This document shows positions 28,888 through 39,496 of a stretch of 64,000 nucleotides of DNA, piece by piece. The stretch covers positions 4,618-68,617 of the forward strand of contig DAOSYA010000007.1 in assembly GCA_035380865.1 (NCBI GenBank), read 5' to 3'. Below the pieces are notes generated by a model that searched no databases, had not been told where the DNA came from, and worked only from the letters and a program-made list of their open reading frames with translations. Both the position numbers and the translations under genes were made by a program. Every line of letters starts with the position of its first letter. Positions within the stretch are counted from its first letter, which is position 1. Origin of the DNA: a bacterium. GTDB taxonomy: Bacteria > UBP15 > UBA6099.

Positions 28888-29631
28888 TTATTGCCTGTTG
28901 CGACGCTTTAATTCCCACTCGATCCGCGCCACATCTTCCGGCGCATCGACCCCGATGCCCTGGTACTTCGTCTCTATCATGTCGATCCTGATGCCGTTCT
29001 CTATCGCGCGGAGCTGCTCAAGCGATTCCGTCTGTTCGAGAGGCGTAGGACTCATCTTCGAATATGAAAGCACGAACTCCCGGCTGTACACGTAAAACCC
29101 GATATGCTGGTAAACCGGAATCGTCGTGTGCTTGCGACGATACGGCAACGGGAACCTCGAAAAATACAGAGCCTGTCCGCCCTGCCCAACCACAACCTTC
29201 ACAACATTGGGGTTCTGAATATCCTCTTCTGTCTCGATCGGCGTCATCGCGCTCCCGAACCTGAAATCAGGAATCGCCCCGAAATGCTCGACCGCCCTGT
29301 TTATCAGACCGGGGTCCATGAGTGGCTCGTCTCCCTGCACATTCACGATTATGTCGCACTCCTCGCCCTGCGCGACCTCGGCTATCCGGTCGGTCCCGGT
29401 GGCATGGTCCCTGCGCGTCATCACGACCCGCCCGCCGAACGACTCGACGACCTCGTATATCCTTTCATCGTCCGTCGCAACGATCGCGCGGTCGAGCTTG
29501 TCCGCTTTCAGCACCTGTTCATAAACATGCTGAATCAGCGGCTTCCCCGCGATGGGGAAAAGCGGCTTCCCCGGGAATCTCGTCGCTTCATACCTGGCGG
29601 GAATTATTCCTATCGCTATTTTTTCGCTCAT
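28888..29631 (-). CDS. kdsB: 3-deoxy-manno-octulosonate cytidylyltransferase
   Basis: IGIIPARYEATRFPGKPL N-terminus, QGDEPL motif. Confidence 0.9.
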   Translation of the reverse strand: MSEKIAIGIIPARYEATRFPGKPLFPIAGKPLIQHVYEQVLKADKLDRAIVATDDERIYEVVESFGGRVVMTRRDHATGTDRIAEVAQGEECDIIVNVQGDEPLMDPGLINRAVEHFGAIPDFRFGSAMTPIETEEDIQNPNVVKVVVGQGGQALYFSRFPLPYRRKHTTIPVYQHIGFYVYSREFVLSYSKMSPTPLEQTESLEQLRAIENGIRIDMIETKYQGIGVDAPEDVARIEWELKRRNRQ

Positions 29632-31454
29632 GTCAATTTCTCTCCGTTCAGATCCTGAGACCTTTCAGATTCAAGCGTCAGGTCATAAAGCTTCCTGTAT
29701 ACCCCGCCCAGCTCGTAAAGCTCTTCATGCTTTCCGCGCTCCACTATCTGCCCCCTGTCCAGAACCGCTATCAGGTCCGCGTTGCGTATCGTCGAAAGCC
29801 TGTGAGCGACGACTATCGTGGTCCGCGTTCTCATCAGCTTCTCAAGCGCGGCCTGTATATATTTCTCCGAAACGTTATCGACGTTCGACGTTGCTTCATC
29901 GAGAATAAGAATCCTCGGATCCTTCAGGATCGCCCTCGCGATCGCGACCCGCTGACGCTGCCCCCCGCTGAGCGTCGCGCCCCGCTCGCCGACCATCGTG
30001 TCGTATCCCTGCGGCATGTCTTTGATGAATTCGTTCGCGTAAGCGGCTTCAGCGGCTTCGAACAACTCCTCATCAGTAGCTCCTGCCTTACCATACGCGA
30101 TATTCGCTTTAACAGTGTTGCGGAACAGCAATGTGTCCTGCGGCACTATTCCTATCTGATCCCTGAACGAACTGATTTTCGCGTCGCGGATATCTATCCC
30201 CTCTATCTTTATTGAACCCGAAGTGACATCGTAGAATCTCGGGATCAAATTGACCAGCGTGCTTTTTCCCGATCCGCTCGAGCCGACAAGCGCCACCACC
30301 ATGCCCGGCTCGATCTTCAGGCTGACGCCGTTCAGAACACGTTCACCTTCATTGTATTCAAAACAAACATTGCTGATTTCTATGTTTCCCTTGATCTCTG
30401 GAATCTCGATCGCATCGGGCTTGTCCTGGATGTCCGGCTCCATGTCTATTATATGATACGTTCTCTCCGCCGCGGCGAAAGCGTGCTGCATCGTCAGGTT
30501 CACATGGTTTATGCGGTTAACCTGGGTAAAAAGCTGTTGCAGCCCCAGAAACAGCGCGGAAACGTCACCTATCGTCAATATTCTCCCGGTAATGAAATCC
30601 GGAACCTGGTTAACAACCGCCCGCGCCCCGATCCAGAATATCAATGCCATGCAGCATGCGCCGAGAAATTCAACCATCGGGCTGTAGCTCGAACGGACCT
30701 TGACCTGCTTCATCGTGTCGTCAACAACCAGCCGGTTCTCCATGCTGAAACGCTTTTCTTCGTGCCTCTCCATCGAGAACATTTTCACTACGTTAACAAG
30801 ATTGAAAAGCTCGAACATAAGCGCGTTGAAAGTGGCAATCCGCTGTTGCAGCAGAAGGCTCACCTTCTTCATTCTCTCGCCGCCGATCCTTATGATGATA
30901 ACGATAGCCGGCATAAGGAGCAGAGCCAGCAGCGTGAGCTTCGCGCTCAGCACAATCACTATCGCGAGCGAAACGACTATCCCGATCGGTATCCTGACAA
31001 TCTCGCTGATACCCGAAGTGACGAACATCTGGACAACACCGGTATCCATCGCCAGCCGCGACATGATCTCGCCGGACTGCCTTTTCTGGAAATAGCCGAA
31101 CGACATCTGGAGCAGCCTCGCGTATGCCTGGTTTCGCAAATCCTCCACCAGCCTCATTCCGCCGAGCGTTATGAAATACATGTTGAGAAAGGCGATGACC
31201 CATCTTACCGCAAAAACTATCACTATCAGGAATACGATGATTGTTACCCTGTCAAGGTTGCCCTCGACAATCGAATCGATTATGTATTTAACAAAAAGCG
31301 GAACCGTGCCGAACATCAGCGTGGATACAATGGCGCATATTATACCCGTGACAACAAGCCATTTATGTTTCCATACGGCACCGAGAAGCCTTATCCCCGC
31401 TTTCTTTGAAGATTCGGTTATCTTTTCTTTCTTCGTAAGCAGAATTTCTTCCAT
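29628..31454 (-). CDS. msbA: lipid A/LPS exporter-type ABC transporter (fused permease-ATPase), MsbA-like
   Basis: Six-TM exporter domain plus NBD (GSSGSGKST, LSGGQRQR, ILILDEATS); sits inside the lipid A gene cluster. Confidence 0.8.
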   Translation of the reverse strand: MEEILLTKKEKITESSKKAGIRLLGAVWKHKWLVVTGIICAIVSTLMFGTVPLFVKYIIDSIVEGNLDRVTIIVFLIVIVFAVRWVIAFLNMYFITLGGMRLVEDLRNQAYARLLQMSFGYFQKRQSGEIMSRLAMDTGVVQMFVTSGISEIVRIPIGIVVSLAIVIVLSAKLTLLALLLMPAIVIIIRIGGERMKKVSLLLQQRIATFNALMFELFNLVNVVKMFSMERHEEKRFSMENRLVVDDTMKQVKVRSSYSPMVEFLGACCMALIFWIGARAVVNQVPDFITGRILTIGDVSALFLGLQQLFTQVNRINHVNLTMQHAFAAAERTYHIIDMEPDIQDKPDAIEIPEIKGNIEISNVCFEYNEGERVLNGVSLKIEPGMVVALVGSSGSGKSTLVNLIPRFYDVTSGSIKIEGIDIRDAKISSFRDQIGIVPQDTLLFRNTVKANIAYGKAGATDEELFEAAEAAYANEFIKDMPQGYDTMVGERGATLSGGQRQRVAIARAILKDPRILILDEATSNVDNVSEKYIQAALEKLMRTRTTIVVAHRLSTIRNADLIAVLDRGQIVERGKHEELYELGGVYRKLYDLTLESERSQDLNGEKLT

Positions 31455-31460
31455 CAGCAG

Positions 31461-32618
31461 CTAATCCTCTTCTATCGAAAGGTCGCCGTGAACCGCTTCC
31501 ACAACCAGCTTTGCGGCCCGTTCCAGCACGCCCGGCTTCCCAAGCCTGTCCCTGACAATCCCAAGCTTTTCAATTGTTTTTGTCCTGATGTCTTCCTCTT
31601 TAAGCAACTTTACTGTTTCGTCCGCCACGCTTTCAGGAGTGCATGCTTCCTGCACGAGCTCCGGCACGACAAATTCCCGCCCGATTATGTTCGGCAGCCC
31701 GATCATCGGCGGATTAACGGTCTTTCGAACGATCCATCCCGTAACCGGATTGATTTTGTAACACACCACCATCGGTTTCCCCAGTATAGCCGCCTCGTGG
31801 GTGGCTGTCCCCGAACACAGCGCAAGGACATCGCACACATTCATAAAATCGTAAACTTTTTCGTGCGCGACAGACACCGGCGCATCTCCGATACATTTTT
31901 TTATCAGAAAGTCATACTGTTCGATCGCCCTGAAAGCGATAAACCGCGCACCCACAGATTCCTTTTGAATAATCCGCGCGGCCCGCGCAAACACCGGCAT
32001 AAGCCTTTTTATTTCCTGACCCCTGCTCCCCGGCATAAAACCAATCACCGGCCCATCTCCCTCAAGCCCGAAAAACCGCAGCGCCTCTTCCCGGGTCATC
32101 GAAGGCTTGACCGCGTCGACAAGCGGATGCCCGATGTACTGGAAATTGACACCCGCCTCCCGGTACTGATCCAGCGAAAGCGGAAGCGCGACAAGAGAAA
32201 GATCTATGGTCGCCGCAAGCTCTTCGAATCTTTTCCCGCCACTTCCGAACCAGCTCACCGGCGAAAAATAATACACGACCGGAATCCCTCTCGATTTTGC
32301 TATCCGCGCGCCGCGCATACTGAAAAATCTGTAATCAACCGGAACATAAAGATCCGGTTTTTCCTGCTCGAACATCGCCGCAAGCCTTCTCGCCACCGGC
32401 AATATGACAAACCCTTTAACAACACCTTCAAGAAAACCGATGCTGCCCCATGTCGAACTGTCGGCGAGGAGCCTAACGCCGGCCTCGCGCAGATGCCTGC
32501 CGCCGATTCCCGCGAATTCAATGTCCGGGTCGATATCTTTAACGGCGCGAACCAGATGCGATGCGTTGACATCGCCGGAAACTTCGCCCGCCGTTATGAA
32601 TATCTTCTTCTTCGCCAT
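31461..32618 (-). CDS. lpxB: lipid-A-disaccharide synthase
   Basis: Start revised to MAKKKIFITAGEVSGD (ATG at 32618); GT19 family features. Confidence 0.85.
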   Translation of the reverse strand: MAKKKIFITAGEVSGDVNASHLVRAVKDIDPDIEFAGIGGRHLREAGVRLLADSSTWGSIGFLEGVVKGFVILPVARRLAAMFEQEKPDLYVPVDYRFFSMRGARIAKSRGIPVVYYFSPVSWFGSGGKRFEELAATIDLSLVALPLSLDQYREAGVNFQYIGHPLVDAVKPSMTREEALRFFGLEGDGPVIGFMPGSRGQEIKRLMPVFARAARIIQKESVGARFIAFRAIEQYDFLIKKCIGDAPVSVAHEKVYDFMNVCDVLALCSGTATHEAAILGKPMVVCYKINPVTGWIVRKTVNPPMIGLPNIIGREFVVPELVQEACTPESVADETVKLLKEEDIRTKTIEKLGIVRDRLGKPGVLERAAKLVVEAVHGDLSIEED

Positions 32619-32742
32619 CGCATACCAACGCCACGCCCTTCGGCTCATTGCGTTGATTTTCTTCCTCCTGAAAAACAAATGGGTCGCGGCTTCACACCGG
32701 ACCCTGTTTTTTTGAGTTTCAATTTATTACCGTAACTGCCTG

Positions 32743-33738
32743 TTAATCGCTTGATATAACCCTTAGATTTGAAACCCTCGAATCCGCCGTTTCCGCAACA
32801 TTCGGCAGCGGAACCCTGAGCACTCTTCCGCTCTTGTATGATTCAATCGCCGTAAGCGCGACCGACAGCGCGTGAAGACTGTCCTCGCCGCTGACATGCG
32901 GCTGTTCGCCGTTGGTTATGAGCTTTACGAAATAGCGCAGTTCGTTCCGCAGCGGCTCTTTCCGGTTCACATTCGCCTCGCGCGCCCAGTTTTTATCGTA
33001 AACAACAACCTTCTGATCAATAAAATCAAGCGTCGCAACACCCGAATCTCCAACCACGTTCAGCATGCGAACCCTGTGAGGCGGCAGCCAGCTTGTTTCA
33101 ATTACGCCTGCCGTTCCACGCCTGAACTTAAGCATAAGAGTCGCGTGGTCTTCCTGTGAATGGAATGTCTTTCCGGCAACCGCATACACTTCACGCACCC
33201 TGTCATTGTATAGATAAGAAATTATGTCTATATCATGCGGCGACAGGTCCAGAATTATCCCGCAGTCGCTTATTCTCGGGCAGTACGGGCCGACCCTCTT
33301 CGATGAAATCGAAACGATCCCGCCCAGAACACCCTCGTCTACAAGTTCTTTCAATATCGAAACAGCCGGGTTGAATCTCTCGACGTGCCCGACAAGCAAT
33401 TTGCGGTTCAGCTTCTGCGCGAGAGCAATCATTTCCTTGCCCTCGGATATCGTTGCCGCTATCGGTTTTTCAACGAGAACATGACAACCCGCTTTCAACG
33501 AATCCTCCGCCACCTGCTTGTGCAGCGTCGTGGGAACAACAATACTTACAGCGTCGGGCTGCATCGCGAGCAGATCCCTATAATTCACAAAAGGCCGGGT
33601 TCCAAACTCTGCGGCCACATCCCTCACCTGTTTATCGTTAACGTCCGCGATACCTATAAGGTCCACATCTTTCATCTGGCTGAATATCTTGACGTGGTTA
33701 AATCCCATTTTACCAACGCCGATTACACCGATTCTCAT
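32743..33738 (-). CDS. Gfo/Idh/MocA-family oxidoreductase, candidate UDP-GlcNAc 3-dehydrogenase (GnnA-like)
   Basis: MRIGVIGVGKMGFNH Rossmann fold, EKP motif; located between lpxA and lpxB as gnnA is in some bacteria; the function is inferred from context. Confidence 0.7.
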   Translation of the reverse strand: MRIGVIGVGKMGFNHVKIFSQMKDVDLIGIADVNDKQVRDVAAEFGTRPFVNYRDLLAMQPDAVSIVVPTTLHKQVAEDSLKAGCHVLVEKPIAATISEGKEMIALAQKLNRKLLVGHVERFNPAVSILKELVDEGVLGGIVSISSKRVGPYCPRISDCGIILDLSPHDIDIISYLYNDRVREVYAVAGKTFHSQEDHATLMLKFRRGTAGVIETSWLPPHRVRMLNVVGDSGVATLDFIDQKVVVYDKNWAREANVNRKEPLRNELRYFVKLITNGEQPHVSGEDSLHALSVALTAIESYKSGRVLRVPLPNVAETADSRVSNLRVISSD

Positions 33739-33759
33739 AGCAACTCCCTTTGAACTTTA

Positions 33760-34545
33760 TTAGTCCTCTCTACCACGGCAAATGCCTCTGTCGCTTTTCG
33801 ATTCGAGGAAATCGATCAGAATTCCGATTTCTTCTATATCCTGTAAATCTGTTTTAATTCTCTCAACGGCCTCCGATACACTGAGCCCGGATTTGTACAG
33901 CAGCCGGTATGCTTTGTGCATCGCCCTGCGGGTGTCCTGGTCGAATCCCGCCCGCATCAGGCCTATACGGTTCAGCCCGCAAACCGGCGGCCTGTAGCCA
34001 CCCGTCACGAGCATATACGGCGGTATGTCTTCAAGAACAACCGAGCCGCCGCCGACCATCACGAACGCGCCGATCCTCGTGAACTGATGAACACCCGTCA
34101 ATCCTCCGACAAACGCCCTGTCGCCGACCTGCACGAATCCGCCCAGGTTCACCGCGTTCGCCATCACAACACCGTTGCCCACAACGCAGTTATGCCCGAC
34201 ATGCGCCGTGGCCATCAGCATGCATCCCGATCCGATCCGGGTTTCCGACTGCTCACCGCTCCCGCGATGCGCCGTGAACCCTTCTCTCAGGATCGTGCCG
34301 TCTCCGATTATAAGGAAACTTTCCTCTCCGCCGAACTTCACATCCTGCGGCTCTCCGCCCAGCACCGCGCCTGAATGAACCCTGCAGTTCTTTCCGAGCC
34401 TGGTGCCTTCGCGAACCACCGCATGCGCGTGAACCTCAGTCCCCGCTCCGATTTCGACTCCGCTCTCGATTATCGCATACGGGCCGACCTTCACATCTTC
34501 TGCCAGTTCGGCCCCTGAATTCACTATTGCTGTCTTATCTATCAC
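33760..34545 (-). CDS. lpxA: acyl-ACP-UDP-N-acetylglucosamine O-acyltransferase
   Basis: Left-handed beta-helix hexapeptide repeats and C-terminal helical domain, 261 aa. Confidence 0.9.
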   Translation of the reverse strand: MIDKTAIVNSGAELAEDVKVGPYAIIESGVEIGAGTEVHAHAVVREGTRLGKNCRVHSGAVLGGEPQDVKFGGEESFLIIGDGTILREGFTAHRGSGEQSETRIGSGCMLMATAHVGHNCVVGNGVVMANAVNLGGFVQVGDRAFVGGLTGVHQFTRIGAFVMVGGGSVVLEDIPPYMLVTGGYRPPVCGLNRIGLMRAGFDQDTRRAMHKAYRLLYKSGLSVSEAVERIKTDLQDIEEIGILIDFLESKSDRGICRGRED

Positions 34546-34805
34546 TACGCAAAACCCGCGCGCGCACGCGCATTCAAATTTCTATAGTATCCTTTATATA
34601 ATTTATATATATAATTGAGAATTAACGATGTAATAGAAGGATCAACGACAATAACGAACTATCGCCAACTCATTCCTGCTTAATGTCTATTTTTTGATTA
34701 ATTTTAACAAAATGCGGCCATTCCTGACTGTCGTTTTAAAACCCCTTATTAAATAAGGCTTATTTGAACCCCGTCCGCTGGAAAAAATATGTGTTTTCCG
34801 ATTTT

Positions 34806-35621
34806 TTAATGCTTTTTTTGCCCGAAAACCGTCTTCAGGCTCTTTATGTTAGATGCGTGACCGCTTTTTATCCCGACGCAATGAGCCGAAAATCCTCTCC
34901 CCATAAGCGACATATCACCTATCATATCCAGCAATTTATGCCGCGCAAATTCATTTTCAAACCGCAGCTCCGAAGAATATCTATCCGGGTAAACAACCAC
35001 GGCATTTTCAAGCGATCCGCCCAGAGCAAGCCCCGCATTATGCAGCGCCTCGACTTCCTCGATGAGGCCGAATGTTCTTGCCGGCGCAATCCGATCAAGA
35101 AACATTGATTCCGAATGAACATAATCAGCACTCTGCCTGCCTATCATTTCGTGCGGATGGTCAAGAAAATACGTCATTTTAAGAACATCCGAGGGCAAAA
35201 AAAGGATCGTTGCCCCGTTTTCGGAAAAAATCAACGGTTTTTCGACAGGTACACGGTTTAATTCCGATTCCAGCGAAACTATGCCGGATTCTTTGATCAC
35301 AGTTGCGAACCCCAGCGCACTGCCGTCGAGAACCGGCGGTTCAGGCGCATCCAGCACCACCCGCGCATTATCGACACCCATCCCGAACAGCGCCGCCAGC
35401 ACATGCTCCACCGTAAAAAGTGTTACATCGCCCGACTTCAATTCCGTGTTCCTGGGTGAAACAACCGCGTTTTCGATCGAAGCGCGGATTTGTGCGCCGC
35501 TATATTCAAAAAAAATGCCGGTACCGGCTTCCGACGGCTCTATCCTCATGCTCACTTCGCGTCCGGTATGCAACCCGATCCCCCTGAACGACGCCGATCG
35601 GGCGATTGTAGTCTGTTTCAT
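34806..35621 (-). CDS. lpxC: UDP-3-O-acyl-N-acetylglucosamine deacetylase
   Basis: GIGLHTG, HKLLDMIGD, KSGHASN motifs align with E. coli LpxC; 271 aa with no FabZ fusion. Confidence 0.85.
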   Translation of the reverse strand: MKQTTIARSASFRGIGLHTGREVSMRIEPSEAGTGIFFEYSGAQIRASIENAVVSPRNTELKSGDVTLFTVEHVLAALFGMGVDNARVVLDAPEPPVLDGSALGFATVIKESGIVSLESELNRVPVEKPLIFSENGATILFLPSDVLKMTYFLDHPHEMIGRQSADYVHSESMFLDRIAPARTFGLIEEVEALHNAGLALGGSLENAVVVYPDRYSSELRFENEFARHKLLDMIGDMSLMGRGFSAHCVGIKSGHASNIKSLKTVFGQKKH

Positions 35622-36904
35622 TAAATTTTCCTCGCCATAAATACCAGTCTTACCGGGTAGAATGAACCCGATTCGGGCATTATCATCACATCTATCATCT
35701 TTTTTTCGTACGGCCCGACCCAGAACGCTTTGACCTTCCTTGTTCGCGGAGGTTTACAAACCCCGAGTTTAAACAATTCTCCATCCACAATCAGCGTCCC
35801 CCGCGCCGGCCCGGAAACCGGCGAAAAATGCAGTTGCGCCTTCTCCGCCCGCCCCGAATCGTTTATCACGGCCACTCTTATATGATAAGTTACTCCATAA
35901 TTGCCTTTCAATGCCGTGTTTCCGTCGTCGAGATTTTCAAGCGGATCATCACCGATCCCGATGAATTTCCACCTTCCTCCGATAACAAATTCTTCTTCGA
36001 TCTCGACAACCGGTTTTCCGAAAACCCCGTGCCCGCGGATCGAGTTTGAATTCCCGATGTTGTTTTTCCGGGTCACTTCCGTCACTGAAGGTTCGAGCGC
36101 CTTGATCTCAAACTCAACCTGCTCACCATCGATCATGTGCAACTCGCCCACGCCGCTGATTATTTCTCCCGCCCTCAGTTTTATCCTGTGAATAGCGGTC
36201 CGCGATCCCGGTTCCAGCTCTATTATCCTGCCAACCGAATCCCTGCTGTTTTTCATAAACTCCACAGCCGGAAGATGCCCCACGATCATTTCGCTTTCAC
36301 CTTTTGAGGGGTCTCCCTCGACAAGAACAAGTTTCGCTTTAATATTTCCCGTGTTGGCAATATTGAAAATAAGGTTCATATTCTCTTCAATACCGTTTTT
36401 GTGATGCAGAAGATACCTCACGGATTCCCGCTTCCGCATCGCGCCATCCAGCAATATGCCACCGCAGGTCAACAATTCAGGACTGTTACTGACATACAGC
36501 CTGTCGGCTTCTCCAAGATCATTTGCCTCCAGGTTGTTTATACGCACCAGAACCGGGCCGGCTACCGTTTTGAACCCGCTCCCCTTTATTGTCACCCATG
36601 CCAGAATGCCATCGCTTCGCCCTGCTGGAACATAGTCCGGAGCAATAATACGCTTTTTTATTTCGAGCTTCGCGCCATTACGAACTGAAGCATTTTTCCG
36701 GATTTCTTTTACTGCGAGAGGAACAAACAAATCACGGCTCACATTCCCGCCGGTTACCGATACCGACAGCATGCCCGGAACATCTCCGGCAGGGCCGTAA
36801 GGCTCCCAATCCGCCGTCAGCAGCCCCGCGCATGCCCGCACTGCAATAAACAAAAATAATACGAGGAGAGCAACAGCGTGATTTTTTGTTTTGCCATATG
36901 GCAT
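35621..36904 (-). CDS. hypothetical secreted protein encoded between lpxD and lpxC
   Basis: Signal peptide (AVALLVLFLFIAVRACAG); 427 aa; translationally coupled to both neighbours (1-nt overlap with lpxC, 10-nt gap to lpxD). Confidence 0.55.
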   Translation of the reverse strand: MPYGKTKNHAVALLVLFLFIAVRACAGLLTADWEPYGPAGDVPGMLSVSVTGGNVSRDLFVPLAVKEIRKNASVRNGAKLEIKKRIIAPDYVPAGRSDGILAWVTIKGSGFKTVAGPVLVRINNLEANDLGEADRLYVSNSPELLTCGGILLDGAMRKRESVRYLLHHKNGIEENMNLIFNIANTGNIKAKLVLVEGDPSKGESEMIVGHLPAVEFMKNSRDSVGRIIELEPGSRTAIHRIKLRAGEIISGVGELHMIDGEQVEFEIKALEPSVTEVTRKNNIGNSNSIRGHGVFGKPVVEIEEEFVIGGRWKFIGIGDDPLENLDDGNTALKGNYGVTYHIRVAVINDSGRAEKAQLHFSPVSGPARGTLIVDGELFKLGVCKPPRTRKVKAFWVGPYEKKMIDVMIMPESGSFYPVRLVFMARKI

Positions 36905-36914
36905 AGAGAAAATA

Positions 36915-37934
36915 TTATTCTCCGCCGAATTGTTTTTCTATAGCTTCCAGCCGCTCCATAAGCTCGGGTATCTTCTTCAGGAACGAATATGTTTTTATCG
37001 TCTCTCTGTGTGGCCGGGCCGGGAACCCTGAATAGAATTTGCCTTCGGGGATATCCGAGATCACGCCTGCTTTGCCGCCCACTATCGCGCCCGATCCTAT
37101 TTTCACATGGTCGGACACGCCGACCTGGCCCGCGAGAACCACGCCGTCTCCAAGCTCGCAACTGCCGGAAAGCCCGACACAACCACAGAGTATGCAATTG
37201 CGCCCTATCCTGTCGTTATGTCCCACCTGCACAAGATTGTCGATCTTTGTGCCACCGCCCACAACGGTTTCGCCCAGAGTCGCCCTGTCCACGGTGGAGT
37301 TCGCCCCTATTTCAACATCCGGCCCTATTATCACTTTTCCGGTCTGTGGAACCTTTCGATGCTTTCCGCCGTCAAGAACATAACCGAACCCGTCTGCCCC
37401 GATCACGACTCCACTGTGCAGTATCACGCGATCTCCTATCTCACAGGCATCGAGAACGGATACGTTGGGGTTCAGCACACAATCTGATCCTACAACCGCA
37501 TTTTTTCCGACAAAAACATTAGCCCTGAGAATTGTGCCCGAGCCGATAACCGCGCCGGAATCGACAGTGCAGTTGGGCCCCACCTGCGCGCCGGGATCGA
37601 CAACTGCATCTGCCGCCACAACCGCTGATTCATGAATTCCCGCCACCACCGGCTCCGGCGGGAAAAATATCTCCAGCGCCTTTGCAAAAGCGAGCTTGGG
37701 ATTTTCCGTCCGGATAATGTTCTGTCCTTCTATAATAGTTTTTTCGTCACATATAACCGCGGCGGGTTTCCTGCTTTCGAGCAGAACGGAATCGCGTTCC
37801 TTCTCAATATACACAACGCAACCCTCTTTGATATCGTCCAGTGAACACACGCTGTGAACCTGAACGCCCGGATCGCCTTCCAGCGCCCCTGATATCTTTT
37901 CAGCAAATTCTCCAAGCTCTATCATTAAATCCAC
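36915..37934 (-). CDS. lpxD: UDP-3-O-acylglucosamine N-acyltransferase
   Basis: N-terminal LpxD domain plus hexapeptide-repeat beta-helix. Confidence 0.9.
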   Translation of the reverse strand: MDLMIELGEFAEKISGALEGDPGVQVHSVCSLDDIKEGCVVYIEKERDSVLLESRKPAAVICDEKTIIEGQNIIRTENPKLAFAKALEIFFPPEPVVAGIHESAVVAADAVVDPGAQVGPNCTVDSGAVIGSGTILRANVFVGKNAVVGSDCVLNPNVSVLDACEIGDRVILHSGVVIGADGFGYVLDGGKHRKVPQTGKVIIGPDVEIGANSTVDRATLGETVVGGGTKIDNLVQVGHNDRIGRNCILCGCVGLSGSCELGDGVVLAGQVGVSDHVKIGSGAIVGGKAGVISDIPEGKFYSGFPARPHRETIKTYSFLKKIPELMERLEAIEKQFGGE

Positions 37935-37943
37935 CTCCGGTAT

Positions 37944-38969
37944 TCAGAACTCAGGCGTGACATCCACGCATACCCCTGCATACGTATATGGCGTCGCAAT
38001 GATTACGGAAAGACCGTTCCGCTCCGCAACAGCTTCCGCCCTTCTTCTTATCCTTCGTTCAAATTCTTTCTTTATTTCTTCTTCAAGCTCATCAACTTTC
38101 CCGGCCTCAAAAACGATACTTCCCGAAACGTCCAGAAACTTGAATTTCTCCAGCATCGCCTTTCTTTCATTCCAGCTTCCCTCTAACCTCGCATTAATAT
38201 CAACTTCGTGATCATCCACAATGAGATCGAGTATGCTGTTTGCCTCTTCGAGCATTACCCTGCTTTCCGCCTGCACTTCTTTTTTTCTTTTTTCCACAGA
38301 TTCTTTATATTCATCCCTTATTTTCCTGGTCGCATCGTCATAAGCTCTCTGGTATTCGCCGACTACGCTTTTGTCATAGTTGTCAAGCATCCTCTGGATA
38401 CTATCGATTTTCGACCGTATCGTTCTCAGATCTTCTTCCGGAAAAACAAAAGCGTCATGCGTAAGAACCCTCAATTTCAGCCTGAGGTTCATAAGGAGAA
38501 ACCGTTCTTCGACAAACGGATCATCCTCTTTTCGCATCTGGATTCTGTTATAAGTGCTTCTTAATCTGCTGCCCGCTTCCTCGAAATCGGCAGTGTCTTT
38601 CAATGCCATCTCTCTGTTGATCATCTCGAATTTTCTTTTGAGCCGTGATGAAGTGCTTTCGCTCCATAGCCTTACAAGATGATCGCTTCTGCGCTTCAAC
38701 GTATCGGTGGTATGCCGCCATTCCGATCGAGCGAGATCGGAAAAGAAAAGCCGGGTTCCGGCCACATGATCAACTGCAAGCCCCACCGCTGTTCTCTGTC
38801 CGACATTTCTTATGTTCTGGATTATTTCATAATCCGGCTGATTCTTATATATCTCTTCAACATTTACACAACCGGGCACAACCCGCACCGGTATCGGTTT
38901 TCGAAGATACACCGCGAAAAAAACTATCCCGGCGATCAGCGGTAAAAGCAGAATCAGCCAACGATTCAT
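37944..38969 (-). CDS. membrane-anchored coiled-coil protein with an OmpH/Skp-like C-terminus
   Basis: N-terminal TM helix, long charged coiled-coil, C-terminal ...ERNGLSVIIATPY resembling Skp; overlaps downstream skp by 4 nt. Confidence 0.5.
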   Translation of the reverse strand: MNRWLILLLPLIAGIVFFAVYLRKPIPVRVVPGCVNVEEIYKNQPDYEIIQNIRNVGQRTAVGLAVDHVAGTRLFFSDLARSEWRHTTDTLKRRSDHLVRLWSESTSSRLKRKFEMINREMALKDTADFEEAGSRLRSTYNRIQMRKEDDPFVEERFLLMNLRLKLRVLTHDAFVFPEEDLRTIRSKIDSIQRMLDNYDKSVVGEYQRAYDDATRKIRDEYKESVEKRKKEVQAESRVMLEEANSILDLIVDDHEVDINARLEGSWNERKAMLEKFKFLDVSGSIVFEAGKVDELEEEIKKEFERRIRRRAEAVAERNGLSVIIATPYTYAGVCVDVTPEF

Positions 38970-39460
38970 TGCGTTTCGAGTCGTTCTATAACCTCTTCCG
39001 TAAGGTCCAGTCCTCCATAAATGACCGCTTCCTTTTCGATTACGATCTCAAGGCCTTTCTCCTGGCTCAACTGGCCTATCGTCGTTTTAATCCGGGTCAC
39101 TATCGGGGTCCATTTTTCCTGCCAGAGCGACTCCCTCTGCTCCTGGTATTTTTTATCCGCATCCTGGATCATCTTCTGCACCAGAATCTGCGACTCTTCG
39201 GGAAGAGCATTGATATCTCCGTCACCGAATCTCTCCTGGATGCTTCTCTGCAGTTCCTGCTCGCTCTGCTCTCTCATCATTCCTAGTTCATCGTTAATTG
39301 CCCTTGCTACAGGATATTTTTGAATAATCAATTCAGAATCGACATAACCAATCGACTGTCCCTGCGCTACCGCTCCCGACGAACCCATGTACAAAAAAAT
39401 CGCCGCCGCGAGAAACGCTATTGTCAAAACCAGTGATGCCGCTGTTATTAACTTCTTCAT
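38966..39460 (-). CDS. skp: OmpH/Skp-family periplasmic chaperone
   Basis: 164 aa, signal peptide, GYVDSELI...QE coiled-coil Skp pattern; located between bamA and lpxD as in E. coli. Confidence 0.75.
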   Translation of the reverse strand: MKKLITAASLVLTIAFLAAAIFLYMGSSGAVAQGQSIGYVDSELIIQKYPVARAINDELGMMREQSEQELQRSIQERFGDGDINALPEESQILVQKMIQDADKKYQEQRESLWQEKWTPIVTRIKTTIGQLSQEKGLEIVIEKEAVIYGGLDLTEEVIERLETQ

Positions 39461-39496
39461 TAAAGCCCTTCCTCCTGATTGTTGTTCTACTGGAAA

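Noticed and set aside
31488-32735. 415-aa plus-strand ORF
   Set aside because: Antisense to lpxB.
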